The notes: generated by a model from the letters alone, not told the origin. Shown: positions 22,648-33,880, numbered from the whole stretch's first letter. The stretch is 62,363 bases of DNA, filler included, from 10 parts of 10 records of this genome joined end to end with filler, not necessarily neighbours in it; one strand, 5' to 3'. Made by a program: numbers and translations.

Positions 22648-25487
22648 CTACGACGTCGGAGCATGCATCGGGTTCAGAACAAGTCCCACGCTGCCCATCG
22701 AGATCTCCTCCGGTGCAGCCACCTCAGTGGCCGGCTCAGTGCGCCGCGCAGGCTGCCTGGCTCGCTTGTAGAGGTAAACCAATCCACCAATCACGAGCAG
22801 AGCCAGCACGAGCACTAAACCTGCCACTGCGCATGCAACCAGCACGACCATGTCACTGTCCGAGCTGTCGCTGCTCCCGCCGCTGGGGCTAGTGCTGATA
22901 CTCGTTCGATGCACGTTCACGCTGAACACACCTGTGGCCCGCCGTCAGCTACCCGCGCGCAACCCGCCGCCGCACCTCCCAGCCCGGGGACGGCATTCAG
23001 CTCTTTGAGGAAGTCGTCGGACTCGAGCCACCCAGGCAAGGCGTCGCCCACTTGCTGTGCCGAGCCCTGGCTGAAGGTCGGGATCACCACTGTCACGGTG
23101 ACTTCCGTCCTGCGGGCCGCCACTTGGAGAGAGACGTCCGACTCAGTGAACGGCTGTTTGCTGTCTGGTCCGGCTACGGGCTTGTTCAGGCTCAGCCAGC
23201 CCGCTACCAGCTGGCTCACGGCGCGGGTGCCGACGCACGGAGCAGAGCCGTACCCGGCCGCCGTGCTGAATGAGTCCTTGTTGCAGAAGTATCCCAGAGT
23301 CCCCGCCGCCGCCCCCGCCGCCCCGACCGCAGCACCGGTCCCGAACAAGCTGAACTTGGCAGCCACCGCAGTCGAGTGAGTAGGCAGCTGAGTCCCGAAA
23401 ATATACACCTTGCCCGCCTCGTCGTGCGGAGCCCCCACCATCGCCAGCAGCCTGCTCTCGTCCACCGACGAGTCCAGCGCCACCGTAGCCCCGAACTGTG
23501 CCTTATCTGCGGTGAGCGGACAGGCCGGTTCGAGAAACGGTTGTGGCCCGGATTTCCAGCCGCTCGACTCGCGCTGGAACAGATAGACAGCCCCAACGCC
23601 GTCGTACTCGGGTCGGAGCCCGAGCAGTCCGTAAAGCCCGGAGGTGTACACATCGCCTTGCAGGTCCATGCCTGCTGCGCCGACCAGAGCGTACTCGCCT
23701 CTAACTGCAACGCTGCTCCCAAACATGGCATTCCCTTGTTCGATCGGAGGAGTCAGCTGCGTGTCATAGCGCCAGCCGGATAATAGGCTGTGCCGGTACA
23801 CGTGCACTGCGCCGTCCAGAGAAACTTTCCCGTCAAAGTTGCTTCCAAAGGCGTCCAACGACCCGACAAGGAGCGTGTCGCTGTCCATCGCAACGCTGTG
23901 TCCGAACCCAGCGTTTGAGTTCGTTGGATTTCCAGCGAACACATCGGACAGAATCACCTTCCGGTCGGCCTCGGGCACTAGCTTGGCTTTCTGGGTCCAA
24001 CCGAGCACACCCTGGCTGAACACATAAGCGGCGCCCGTAACAGTTTCCTTTTCGCCCTTGTCTCCGAACCAATTAGTCGTACCGACCACAGAGCGGGCCC
24101 CTGTGGCCCCCACCACCAGCCGATCTCCGCTCAGAGCGATCGACCACCCGAAAAGATCGCCATCTGTAGAATCTGAAGCCGTCAGCACCGGAGTCAGCAC
24201 CGCCCTCGTCCAGCCCCACGGGCGGCGCGTGAACATATAAACGGACCCTTGCCGCCTGCCCCAGGGCACCGCCCCCTGCCGCCGGGCTCCGACCGCGATC
24301 GTATCGCCGCTGATCGCCACCGAGGCGCCGAAAAGCTCTCGAGCCTGCGGCGTGTCAGCTGTGAGCTTGGTCCTCTCCTGGAACCTACCCGACCAATCCT
24401 TGGTGAAGACGTAGGCCGCGCCGGCGTACGTGGGTCCGTCCTCCGGGGTGTGGTAGGGCGCCCCGACCAGGACGGTCCCCTGGTGCACCGCGACCGCCTG
24501 CCCGAAGCGCGATCCGCAGGGCAGAATCTCCTGCGGGCTGTAGGTTGCGATATAGTTCTGCACCCTAAACCATGCGCTGGTGCTCTGAATCAGGTACGTC
24601 CCGAGATAGCCCAGCCCGCTGGTGCAGATGGCTTGGCTCTTCTCACCAGTCCCGAACAGACTTTTTCTCAAAAACTGGCCTACAAAATCGGGATCCGACA
24701 CGTTCAGCGCAAGCGTCTCAGCGTATCGCGTGATGTTCCAGTACTCGTCCAGCCAGACGTTGGTCTTGTTGACCAGGTCGCCCACCGCCCCGTCGATCGC
24801 CGGCAGCCGTATCGTCTTGCCAGCCATCTGTGCCCAGACTTCTATCGCATCTGATTGCTCGTGTTCTGTCCGATTGGCTGCCACCAAGTACAACTTGAGT
24901 CCGCGCCCGAGCACCTCGTTGATTTTGGCCTCGATATTACCGCGCTGTTGGCCGATGAGTTGAGGATTCTCGCTCAGCTCGATGCAGATGAGCCGGGCGA
25001 GCGACCGGATCCACAGCAGCGCGGCGTAGTCGTTGAGCAACCCCTGGCCAACGCCGTACAGCGCGTCCAACGGAAGCTTGAGCAACCGGCAGCTCTCGGA
25101 CCTGGAGGAGGCGCTGTTATCTGTTGGAACCAGCTTGGCCGTTCGAGTCCACCCCCCCGCCGCTGTTTGCTCGTAGATGAAGACCGCGCCCTCCTGGTCG
25201 TCGACCATCCCCGCGACGCGCGCGCCCAGGTCGGAGTACTTGCCGTTGATCTCGTCCATCGTCAGCCCGGCGTCCCGCGGGGCCCCCACCACGGCCAAGC
25301 CGTCGTCGATGGCCACGCCCCCCCCAAACTGCTCTCGATTGCGGAGCACCCCCTCGTCGGCCTCGCTGAGCCCAAGCACCGAGCTGAGCCCGGCCCGGTA
25401 TTGCGCCACCGTCTCCCGGCCCTCCTTCCCCGAGCCCCCGCACGCGAGCCCCACAAGGCACACCGCCACCGCCCACCTCAAGATCAT
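22648..25487 (-). CDS. Type I membrane FG-GAP repeat (beta-propeller) surface protein
   Basis: Signal peptide MILRWAVAVCLVGLAC; seven FG..VA....VGA repeats; one intron joins a final exon encoding a TM helix (VVLVACAVAGLVLVLALLVIGGLVYLYKR). Confidence 0.88.
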
Positions 25488-25920
25488 CCTGGCCCGCTCC
25501 ACCGATAATAAGAAGACCTCAACGGCCACACGCCCATCGCCACCGATGGCCGCAGGGGTCGGCTGGTCGCGAGAGCTGCGGGCGGCCGCGGCCGACGCCT
25601 CCCGGCTGTCGGCGCACATCGCCGCCCTCAGGCCCGCGGTGGCTCGCCTGCGCCGGCTGCTTCCGCCCGGTCAGCTCCGTTACGCCCCGGCGATCCACCT
25701 TGACCTGCCGATCCAGTGGCGCCGGCCGGAGCCGCCGGGACCGGGCGGGCCGCCACAGCCGCCGGCCGGGCCGGTGGGCACCCCGGCGCCGTTCCCGGTG
25801 TACGCAGCCCCGGTGCGTTCGGAGCGGGGGATGACGCCGGGGTTTGCGGGCCGGGCCTGCACCACGGTGGGCCGGGGCGTGAGGGGGGGCGTGAGGGGGG
25901 GGGGGGGGGGGGGGGGGGGG

Positions 25921-26020
25921 NNNNNNNNNNNNNNNNNNNNNNNNNNNNNNNNNNNNNNNNNNNNTTAATTAATTAANNNNNNNNNNNNNNNNNNNNNNNN
26001 NNNNNNNNNNNNNNNNNNNN
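25921..26020. other. Artificial contig spacer (preceded by poly-G)
   Basis: N44-TTAATTAATTAA-N44. Confidence 0.97.
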
Positions 26021-26171
26021 AACGCGACTTTTGTTATCGGAACATGGTGTATACAACAATTCTGTACCAACTCTTACGAGTTGTTCAACTTGGATGTGCA
26101 CAACCAAGGGCTGCACATCCAAGGGTTTACGCACAGACACCAGACACCGGCATTAGTGGGCCTTGTTAGAA

Positions 26172-27161
26172 TCACGCTGAAAAGTATTCCGCATTGGCTC
26201 CTGTTGCCTCGGCCCACACCTCCAGTTGCGCTCGGTCCACCAAAGCCCCGCCGCACACCTCCACCACCAACGGGGCCTCCTCGGCCGCCTCGGCACACAC
26301 GGCAAGCACCGCCGGGTCCCGTCGGTACACCGCAGCGAGCCCCGCCCCGCAGGCCGGCTCGACAAGAAGCCGGTGCTCATCCGCGAACCTGAGGCAAGCG
26401 CTCACTGCCTCCGTGTCGGTCACCACGCAGCTGCGCACGCTGCTGTCCGGCTTGGTGGCCGCCGCGAGGGCCGATGGGGAGACTGTTGCTGCGCCGAGAG
26501 ACTTTGCCACCGAAGAGATACCCTCCAGAGTGACCAGCCGCCCAGCCGACAGCGCCTGGGCGAGGCAGTCGGCCCCGTGGGTCTCGCACGCGACCACTGG
26601 CACTCGCTCCCAGCCTGGCTGGCTGGCCAGGCCGTCCAGGATCCCCAGGAGCAGTCCGCCACCGCCCACCACCGTCACCACCCCCGCCGGCGGCCCCGGC
26701 AGATCCGCAACCAGCTCCTGCACGATGGTGGCGTGCCCGGCCCAGGTGGTCTCGCCCTCGAACGGGTGCACCAACGCGGCCGTCCCGTCGCTCGCTGCCA
26801 CGATCGCCTCGGCCTTGGCGTTGGCCTCGTCCCAGACCGCGCCGTGGAACGTGGCCTCGGCACCGTACGCCCGCAGCCGGCCGGCCACTGAGCCCGGCGT
26901 GGACAGCGGGAGCACCACAGTGGCGCGCAGCCCGAGCGCCCGGGCGGCGTACGCGGCGGCAAGCCCAGCGTTGCCCCCGGAGGAGCTCACGATGGTGGTG
27001 GCCCCGGCCTCGGCAGCGGCGGCGACGGCGGCTCCGATCCCGCGGAGCTTGAACGAGCCGGTGGGCTGGAGCCCGTCCATCTTGAGCAGCACCGGCCGGC
27101 CCAGAAGGGCCGACAGCCCCTCGCTGCGGATCAGCGGCGTGGCCACGTGCAGTCCGCGCAT
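26172..27161 (-). CDS. SDS: PLP-dependent L-serine/threonine dehydratase (intronless)
   Basis: LHVATPL..LKMDGLQPTGSFKLRG (PLP lysine), SSGGNAG, VGGGGLL, LVEPACGA, VCGG. Confidence 0.95.
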   Translation of the reverse strand: MRGLHVATPLIRSEGLSALLGRPVLLKMDGLQPTGSFKLRGIGAAVAAAAEAGATTIVSSSGGNAGLAAAYAARALGLRATVVLPLSTPGSVAGRLRAYGAEATFHGAVWDEANAKAEAIVAASDGTAALVHPFEGETTWAGHATIVQELVADLPGPPAGVVTVVGGGGLLLGILDGLASQPGWERVPVVACETHGADCLAQALSAGRLVTLEGISSVAKSLGAATVSPSALAAATKPDSSVRSCVVTDTEAVSACLRFADEHRLLVEPACGAGLAAVYRRDPAVLAVCAEAAEEAPLVVEVCGGALVDRAQLEVWAEATGANAEYFSA

Positions 27162-27207
27162 GCTCCCTCGCGATTGGGTCCGGGAGAACTGAATAATCCG
27201 TCACAAG

Positions 27208-30200
27208 ATGGGCGGGTGCTGCGCCGGTGCCATCAGCGTGGTAGTCTACCACGCGCCGGCGGTCGCCGCCCCAAACGAGGAGCCGGACGAGGCATTCCTG
27301 AAGGCGCAAGTCGGCCGGTGGATCCCAGCGGACTTCGAGACCTTCCTCAAGGTGGATTCAGTCTGGCTCGAGACCGCGCTCGGGCACCAGATCCCGGCTG
27401 TGCACGTGACCGACCCCACCGGGAGCAAGGATAGCGAGCGGTGCGGGGGGGCGGCCGGTGGAGGGCAGGGAAGGGCAGGCTCACACTGCTGTACTCGCAC
27501 TGCAACGCCGAAGACCTGAGCAAGCTGGTGGTGACTGCCATCCGACTGGCCGAGACCTGCGACGCGGACGTTGTGGTCTACGAGTACGCCGGGTGCGCGC
27601 GGGATCGGCGGGGCGGGGACGGGGTGGGGCAGGTATGGGCTTAGCCTGGACCGGCAGGGCGTGCTGCTCAAGCACACGAGCGGCTGCGGGGTGACCGGCC
27701 GGTGCTGCCGCGGATGGGGATCGGCCCGCAAGGGCTCTACAGCTGCCTCAGAAGCCGCGGTGCGCGCCTCGGCCGACGCGGCATGGGAGTACGTGACCGG
27801 GGAAGTTGAGCTTGGGAGGCTTGGGAAGCCCAAGTCGAGTGTGGTGCTGTTTGGCGTGTCGCTGGGCACAGGCGTCGCGCTGGACCAGGCGGCCAGACTG
27901 GCGCGCGAGGCGGCCGCTGGCGAGAAGGTGCTGCACGCGGTGGTGCTGATGGCTCCGTTTGAGTCGGTGCTGCGAACGCTGCTCTCGCGAGAGGCGGCGA
28001 TCTGCTGTGGCTGCCTCAATCAGTGGTGGTCCCGGCACGCGATTGTCGACGTGACCGCTCCGGTGCGGCGGGCAGCGCCGCCAGGGCCTGAATGGGCGGC
28101 AGATCCTGATTGCGCACGGCACTAGTGACAGTACCTGCCCATTCAAGCTCGGGTCGGGGCTTTACAGGACTGCAGTGGAGGCTGGGCGGCACGCAGCGCT
28201 GCTGGTGGCTGAGGGCGCCTCGCACGGAGATATGCTCGACTTCGAAACAAGTCCGGTCCGGTGAGCCGCTGACCGCTGGGCGCGGCGCTGACGGGGCCGC
28301 AGGCTCGAGGTGCGGCGGTTCCTGTATGCGCCAGCTGAGTACATGCACCCAGACTGCTACGTGAATGGAACCGAGCAGGCAGGGCAAACCCCACTAGAGG
28401 TCCGCGAGGCCGGCTCGGCCGATGGCGTGATCGGCGGCGAGCTTGGGGTGCTGGCTACTGCTGGGCTGGCGCTTCTGGCGCTGGTGGTGTACCCACTGCT
28501 GGCTGGGGCGCTTCCAATGCTGCTGGTGGTGGCTCTGCAATCACCGTACATTCTAGATCTCTACCTCGAGCACAAGTCGCGAACAAACGAGCGGGTGCCC
28601 TTGCTCATCCTCGCCTGCTCTGGGCTCACCACGCTCGCCGTGCTCTTCTCTCTGATTGCCAATTCTTTGCTAATGCGCACCGCCATTTTCCGGAAACTGC
28701 GCAAACTCGCCCGACAGAGTGGCAGACCAAGCCGGGAGCTGGCGCGCTGCGCGAGCTGTCAGCAGCCCGGAGTCCAACCGGCGGAATCCAACGATCGGGT
28801 CCAGAGAACTGACAGTGATATCAGCCTTTCCCCAATGGGCCAACAAGAGGAACTGCTGCCGGCAAGTGCTCAGACCAATCCGCCTAAAAGGCACTTCAGG
28901 CCCAGATTCTGGGTGGCCAAGCAGGCGCCTTTGCTGATGGTGATTGCGCCGCTTGCGTTCCTGATCGAACTCCCCGCGCTGGTGGTGCTGACTGTGCTTT
29001 CTGATCACTCTGCCTGGCTGGTTTCAATGCTGTGGATCACATGGGCTTCCCTATTAGTACCAGCGTTGCTCGTGCCACTCTTCTCCTGTGTGTTGATCTA
29101 TCTGTGCGCTCCGGAGGAGACCTCTGCCCCGCAGACTAGCGACCATTCAGAGGCAATCGAGCGAGGCCCCGATGGCATGGCGCTAGACCGAACAATGCGG
29201 TCACTCCGCACTCTCTTATCGGGCCTGTTTGATGAGTACTGCGCAAAGCGAGGACAGTGCCCTGTGTCTCGCCGTGTGTCTAGCTCCGGGGACAGCCCGC
29301 GAGAGACCGAGCCGCGCGCCAACGCCGACGGGCTGTGCCAGTGGCTCCGTGAGCAGCAGGCCGACCGGGTCAGCGCGCTCTCGACAGGGCTGCGGGCGTT
29401 GGATCTAGGACCGCGGCGGTGCTGGGAGTACATCCCGAGACTTTACGACAGCGACGGCAGCCTGGGGTTCTCGGAGCTGTGGCTGGCCGTGCAGGAGGAA
29501 TTTGAGCTGATCAAGTTCTTCCGCGCTGCTGACACCAACAAGGACGGCAGGCTCTCGCAGGAGGAGCTGCAGCGATGCATCAACAAGGCTGTAGCCAAGG
29601 CGCGCCAATTCGATCCGAGGGCCGCACCTCCGTTGCTCCCGACCGCCGACAGGGCCCAAAAGTCGGATATAACCAACCAGCTGCTCGACCAAATGTTCTG
29701 GGAAGGCTGGAAGCCCATGCCCGAGAGGTATGACCAGAGCGAAGCGCTACTTCCCCGATCGCTTCTCAAGTTCTCCGGCGTGTCGGCGCTGCGCCAGCTG
29801 TGGGCTCAGCTGGGTCCGAATGGGAGCACGGTAGACGAGGTGCTCGAGGCGCTTGCCGAGTGGAAGCGGAGCAGGGCTACCAGGAAGCCGCTGCTGGGCC
29901 GCACCTGGGACAGAGTCCACGCCCTGCTGGAGGACGCCGAGCAGGCCGCCTGTGTCGAGTTCGGCTTAACTCCGCAGGCTGGCTTCATTAGCAAGGAAGA
30001 CGTGAAGAGGCTGTTTCAGACCAATTCTTGCGTCCAACGACACCTCCGCAAGCCGAGCATAGCCGAGATGTGCGGTAAGGAGCCGGGGGAGGAAGCTGGG
30101 CTGCCTTGGTGCATCGATCAGTTGGACAATGAGGACGCAGACCACCCGGAGCGCGCGTGGTTCCCTCGTGGAACACTCACATGGGAGGAGGTGCGGGGGG

Positions 30201-30700
30201 CGGTGACTGTCGAGTTTTCGATTCGCATACAGCTCGAGGACGACGTGCATGTGAGTGCCACCCAGTGCCAGCCGCACGACGCGCTCAGCATGGTCGACGA
30301 TCTGGTCGAGCAGAACTATTTCTTCGGCAAGCATCTCCGGGCGGCCAAGCTCGAGTTCGACAGAGCGTGGCTTCTCAACTGTGGCAACGCCGCATTGCTC
30401 GACTCCATCGACTGCATCCTGGAACGCGGCCTTCGGCACGACCAGTCAGCCGACCCTGTATTTTCGGTGGGCCAGACCGTCAGAGTGCGTGAAAACAACC
30501 CGAACTTGCCCGGGTGGCGGACTGGGGTGGTTGTCTCCGTGGATCCCGTCAAAGGCCCGCAGGTGAGGGCGGACGGCTTCTCTGCCGCTTTCTACTGGAA
30601 CTTGGTCGAGCCGTTGACAGAGGCCGCCGCAGCCGAAGCTGCAGTTTCAGCTGCATACCGTGCGGCTGCGGTAGGTCTTCCAATCGAGTCCCAGATTTAA
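27208..30700 (+). CDS. ABHD17-like alpha/beta-hydrolase fused to multi-TM, EF-hand and Tudor/SH3-like regions
   Basis: MGGCC N-terminus; YSHCNAEDL, YEYAGYG, nucleophile GVSLG, HGTSD, GASHGD. A 42-nt intron at 28261-28302 joins in frame to the GTG-started 796-aa ORF, which has TM helices and the EF-hand DTNKDGRLSQEEL. Confidence 0.75.
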
Positions 30701-30988
30701 GGACACGAAGTCGTGCATTTTAATTAATTAAGCGTGAAGGGCACACTAGTGGCACACAATAGGCACACAGCACTTGTCGATTCATTATTAATTAATTAAA
30801 GTCGAATCGTGATTCATGAGGATTTAATTGAATCAATGAGCATCAACAGTATATTATTTCCACGCAACAAGTTTTCTCGTCGTACTCAGACTACAAGTCA
30901 TGTAAGTTTCGGCAGGGGTCGATATCGCGGGAGGTGTGAGTCAGGTGTCATTGGGCTGCGCTGAACAGCGGCGAGCTGCTCGGCGGCT

Positions 30989-31088
30989 NNNNNNNNNNNN
31001 NNNNNNNNNNNNNNNNNNNNNNNNNNNNNNNNTTAATTAATTAANNNNNNNNNNNNNNNNNNNNNNNNNNNNNNNNNNNNNNNNNNNN
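30989..31088. other. Artificial contig spacer
   Basis: N44-TTAATTAATTAA-N44. Confidence 0.97.
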
Positions 31089-31096
31089 GTTCACGC

Positions 31097-31963
31097 ATGG
31101 AGGCTGGACTGCAGGCGGTGCTGGCGCTAGGCCAGCGGGCAGTCGAGCTATCGCAGCGTGCCGGCGAGTTCCCGACCGAGCGCAGCCGGCTGAATAGCTC
31201 GGTCCAGCAGCTGGTCGCCTTGGTGGAGCACGGCCGCCAACGGCTCACTAAAACCGACGTGGCCCCGCTCCAGCAAGAGCTCGCCCGGGCCACCCAGCTG
31301 ATGCGGGCGATGGCCGACGACGAGCGGGCCGGTTGGTGCGGCTGCTGCCCGAGCTGCGGGGGTCCGGTGGCCGTGGTGAAGAAGGCCGGGTACGCGGACC
31401 AGTGCGGGGAGATGCTGCTCCAGCTCGAGCGTCGACTGGCCGGGCTGAGCCAGGTGCTCCAGGCCAAGGTGGCCCTAGTGGCGCTCTATCCCAACGCCGA
31501 GGCCGCCACCGCCAGGCTCTGGGCCGAGGTGCGCGAGCCGGCGCCCTCGGAAGCCGTGCTGAAGAAGTGCGCGGCCGACGGCGCGGACATCAACGCGCTG
31601 CACGGGGTGGCGGGGAGCTGCGTGCACCACTGCGCCGCCCACGACAAGTCGAGCGCAATCTGCGTGCTGGCCGAGCTCTCGGCGGATGTGAACCTGCGAA
31701 ACAAGGATCCCGACACTAACAAGCTCACTGGCCCAACCGCTCTGCACATGGCGGCCAGCAACGGACACGTGAGCGCGGTGTACGCGCTGCTAGTGCAGTG
31801 CAAGGCCGACCCCGAGCCGCTGGCCCCGGTGTTCTCTGGTGAGAAGCGTTCGCCGCTGGAGCTCGCGGAGTTGGGCCACCACGACGCAGTGGCCAAGATG
31901 ATCAGGCAAGCGGTAGAGAGGCAGGACACGCCCGGGCTCAAGCTACGGGGACCGGAGGCCTAG
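31097..31963 (+). CDS. Ankyrin-repeat protein with N-terminal helical bundle
   Basis: GADINAL, GPTALHMAASNGHVSAV, SPLELAELGHH; amphipathic helical N-terminal ~125 aa. Confidence 0.85.
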   Translation: MEAGLQAVLALGQRAVELSQRAGEFPTERSRLNSSVQQLVALVEHGRQRLTKTDVAPLQQELARATQLMRAMADDERAGWCGCCPSCGGPVAVVKKAGYADQCGEMLLQLERRLAGLSQVLQAKVALVALYPNAEAATARLWAEVREPAPSEAVLKKCAADGADINALHGVAGSCVHHCAAHDKSSAICVLAELSADVNLRNKDPDTNKLTGPTALHMAASNGHVSAVYALLVQCKADPEPLAPVFSGEKRSPLELAELGHHDAVAKMIRQAVERQDTPGLKLRGPEA

Positions 31964-32170
31964 CCAAGCGGGCACTATATATAGTCATATCAGAGAGCTC
32001 TGGTGGTTTTAATTAGGAGACCTGTAGGATTTAAAATTATATTGATCATGCAATCAGCTGATACTGATCATGCAATCAGTATATGCGGCAATGCGTGTAG
32101 GCGGCATAATGATACAGAATTAGCACGAGGCTTTAATTAACTAATGCAGACTAGCGCGCTTAATTAAAGC

Positions 32171-33175
32171 TCAGGTGTCCTCCTCGTCCAGCACGTTGAG
32201 CATAACCTGCAGCTTGAGCTTCCGGGTCGTGCTCGCCTCAGGCAGCAGCTCCGTGTGCTGCTCGAAGCTGCGCTGCGGGTCCAACTCGACCCCAAGCGCC
32301 TGCAGCCCGAACCCGCCCGCCCGCAGCCCGGTCTCCCTAGCTACAAAAGCGTACAGACCGCTCACCGGTCCGCTCTTGTCAAACCTTCGCCGCAAGTCGC
32401 CACTCGAGCCCTTAACACGCACATCCACCGCCCCTGGGTCACCCGCCGCCGGCTCCTCCGGCACCGCGCCCAGCGAGAGCTCGATGGCGGCAGCCAGCTG
32501 CTCCTGCTCGCTTGGCTGCGGCGGGCCCTCTGGCTGCTCCCTCTGCTGGTCAGCCTCCAAGCAGCGCTCAAACTGCTCCCGCTGGGCCGCAATCATCTGG
32601 CTGGCCGCCATGTTCTGCTCCCGCCGGGCGCTGGCCGCGGCGTCGGCCTGGGCTCGGCGCCGGCTGTGGCTGTCGATGGCGTGTACCAGCAGCTGCTCGA
32701 TCTCGCCCTGGACGCCTTGGGTCAAGTTGACCAGCAGGTCGTCCGGCCCGTCGGCACACACCGCGCACAGGATGTCGTGCCGGCCCTGGCTGCCGGGCAC
32801 CACCCGGGCGGCCATCTGGCGAGTGGTAGGATCGCACAGGCTGCCCGCCCACCCCTTGAAGTTGTGCTCGACTAGCTCGAGCACCAACGGTCCCCCCAGC
32901 TCGAGCACTCTATTCAACCCGGCCACCGGGTCCGCTGTCAGGCTGATGAACACCAGCAGCGGCTTCCGCTCCAGCCCGGCGATCCGGAGCGCTTCCCCAA
33001 AGCTCACCGGCAGCAGGCAGCCCACCAAAGGCTCGGCCGGCGGGCACTCCTCCGCCGGCTCCGCCGGCACCACCGCCGGCTCCGCGGGCGGCGGCGGGGG
33101 AGGCACCGGCTCGAGGTCGGAGAAGAAGCTGTCGCCCCGCCCGGGCGCGCTGCCGGCCGGACACAGGTTGCCCAT
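32171..33175 (-). CDS. UAS + coiled coil + UIM + UBX domain protein (p97/Cdc48 cofactor, FAF1/UBXD8-like)
   Basis: Starts MGNLC; UAS-like SFGEALRIA..KPLLVFI..HNFKGWAG; UIM EQEQLAAAIELSL; UBX VPEEP..VRVK..LRRRFDKS..LYAFV. Confidence 0.8.
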   Translation of the reverse strand: MGNLCPAGSAPGRGDSFFSDLEPVPPPPPPAEPAVVPAEPAEECPPAEPLVGCLLPVSFGEALRIAGLERKPLLVFISLTADPVAGLNRVLELGGPLVLELVEHNFKGWAGSLCDPTTRQMAARVVPGSQGRHDILCAVCADGPDDLLVNLTQGVQGEIEQLLVHAIDSHSRRRAQADAAASARREQNMAASQMIAAQREQFERCLEADQQREQPEGPPQPSEQEQLAAAIELSLGAVPEEPAAGDPGAVDVRVKGSSGDLRRRFDKSGPVSGLYAFVARETGLRAGGFGLQALGVELDPQRSFEQHTELLPEASTTRKLKLQVMLNVLDEEDT

Positions 33176-33191
33176 TGCTCCAACGGCAGCG

Positions 33192-33747
33192 ATGGCGGGC
33201 CACGGCGGCTCCTCCGGGGGGGCGGGGAGGGGGCTGTTCACCAACGAGAGTGGGCGGGCCAGTCCGGGCGGGCTGAGGGGCGGGCCAGTCCGGGCGATGA
33301 TGTGGGGGTTTGGGGACAACGTGCCGGAGCCGGGCGACTCGCTACCGGAGACGGTCCAGGCGGTGGAGGACTGTACGATGCTCTTCCTCAGGGCCGTGGT
33401 GCCCCCCCCCCCCTTCCCCCCTCGGCCGACCGGCGGGCAGGCGGAGGCGGCGGTGCGCAAGGCTGGGGCCGCCGAGAAGATCAAGCCGGAGCACGTGGTG
33501 GCCGTGGTGGCCGGCGGGGAGGCGGCGGGGGGGGGGACCGGGGCCAGGTGGAGAAGGACCGGAAGAAGCGGGCCCGGGCGGTGGACTTGGTGAGCATGCA
33601 TAAGGCGCGCCCGTGGCCAGCCGCGGCCGTAAGCCGGCGGGGCAGCGGCTGAAGGACGCGCGCAAGCTGTTTGAGGACGCCGGGGTGGAGGAGCTGGAGG
33701 GCGGGCACAAGTCCGAGGAGGAGGAGGAGGACGAGCAGCCGCTATAG
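33192..33747 (+). CDS. TAF13: TFIID subunit TAF13 (4 introns)
   Basis: Spliced: GLFTNEIRAMMWGFGD..ETVQAVED..KIKPEHVVAVVEKDRKKRARAVDLVSMHKRLKDARKLFE, matching the TAF13 signature LFxxELRxMMYGFGD..KDxRKxAR..LKxARKxF. Confidence 0.9.
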
Positions 33748-33880
33748 CCCGTCAATATATAGAATGCGTGCTAAAGTTGATATATAGACATTGTTTGGTT
33801 TGTAGCAACAATCTGCGTGGAGATCGCGGCCCCGCTCATCTGGCGGACCCCCCTCTAGACCGTCAGTACTGGGTGAGTCC

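Noticed and set aside
25880-25920. Poly-G tracts at contig ends (also ~37013-37029), as telomeres
   Set aside because: No telomeric repeat unit; consistent with assembly breaks at homopolymers.
26194-27192. Long antisense ORFs (also 32175-33593, 13172-13861, 16607-17140)
   Set aside because: These are shadows of GC-rich coding strands, giving low-complexity S/A/P/R translations. The exception is part of 32175-33593, which overlaps real TAF13 exons.
33176-33601. N-terminal extension of the UBX ORF to 33601
   Set aside because: It is antisense to the well-supported TAF13 gene; MGNLC at 33175 is the more plausible start.
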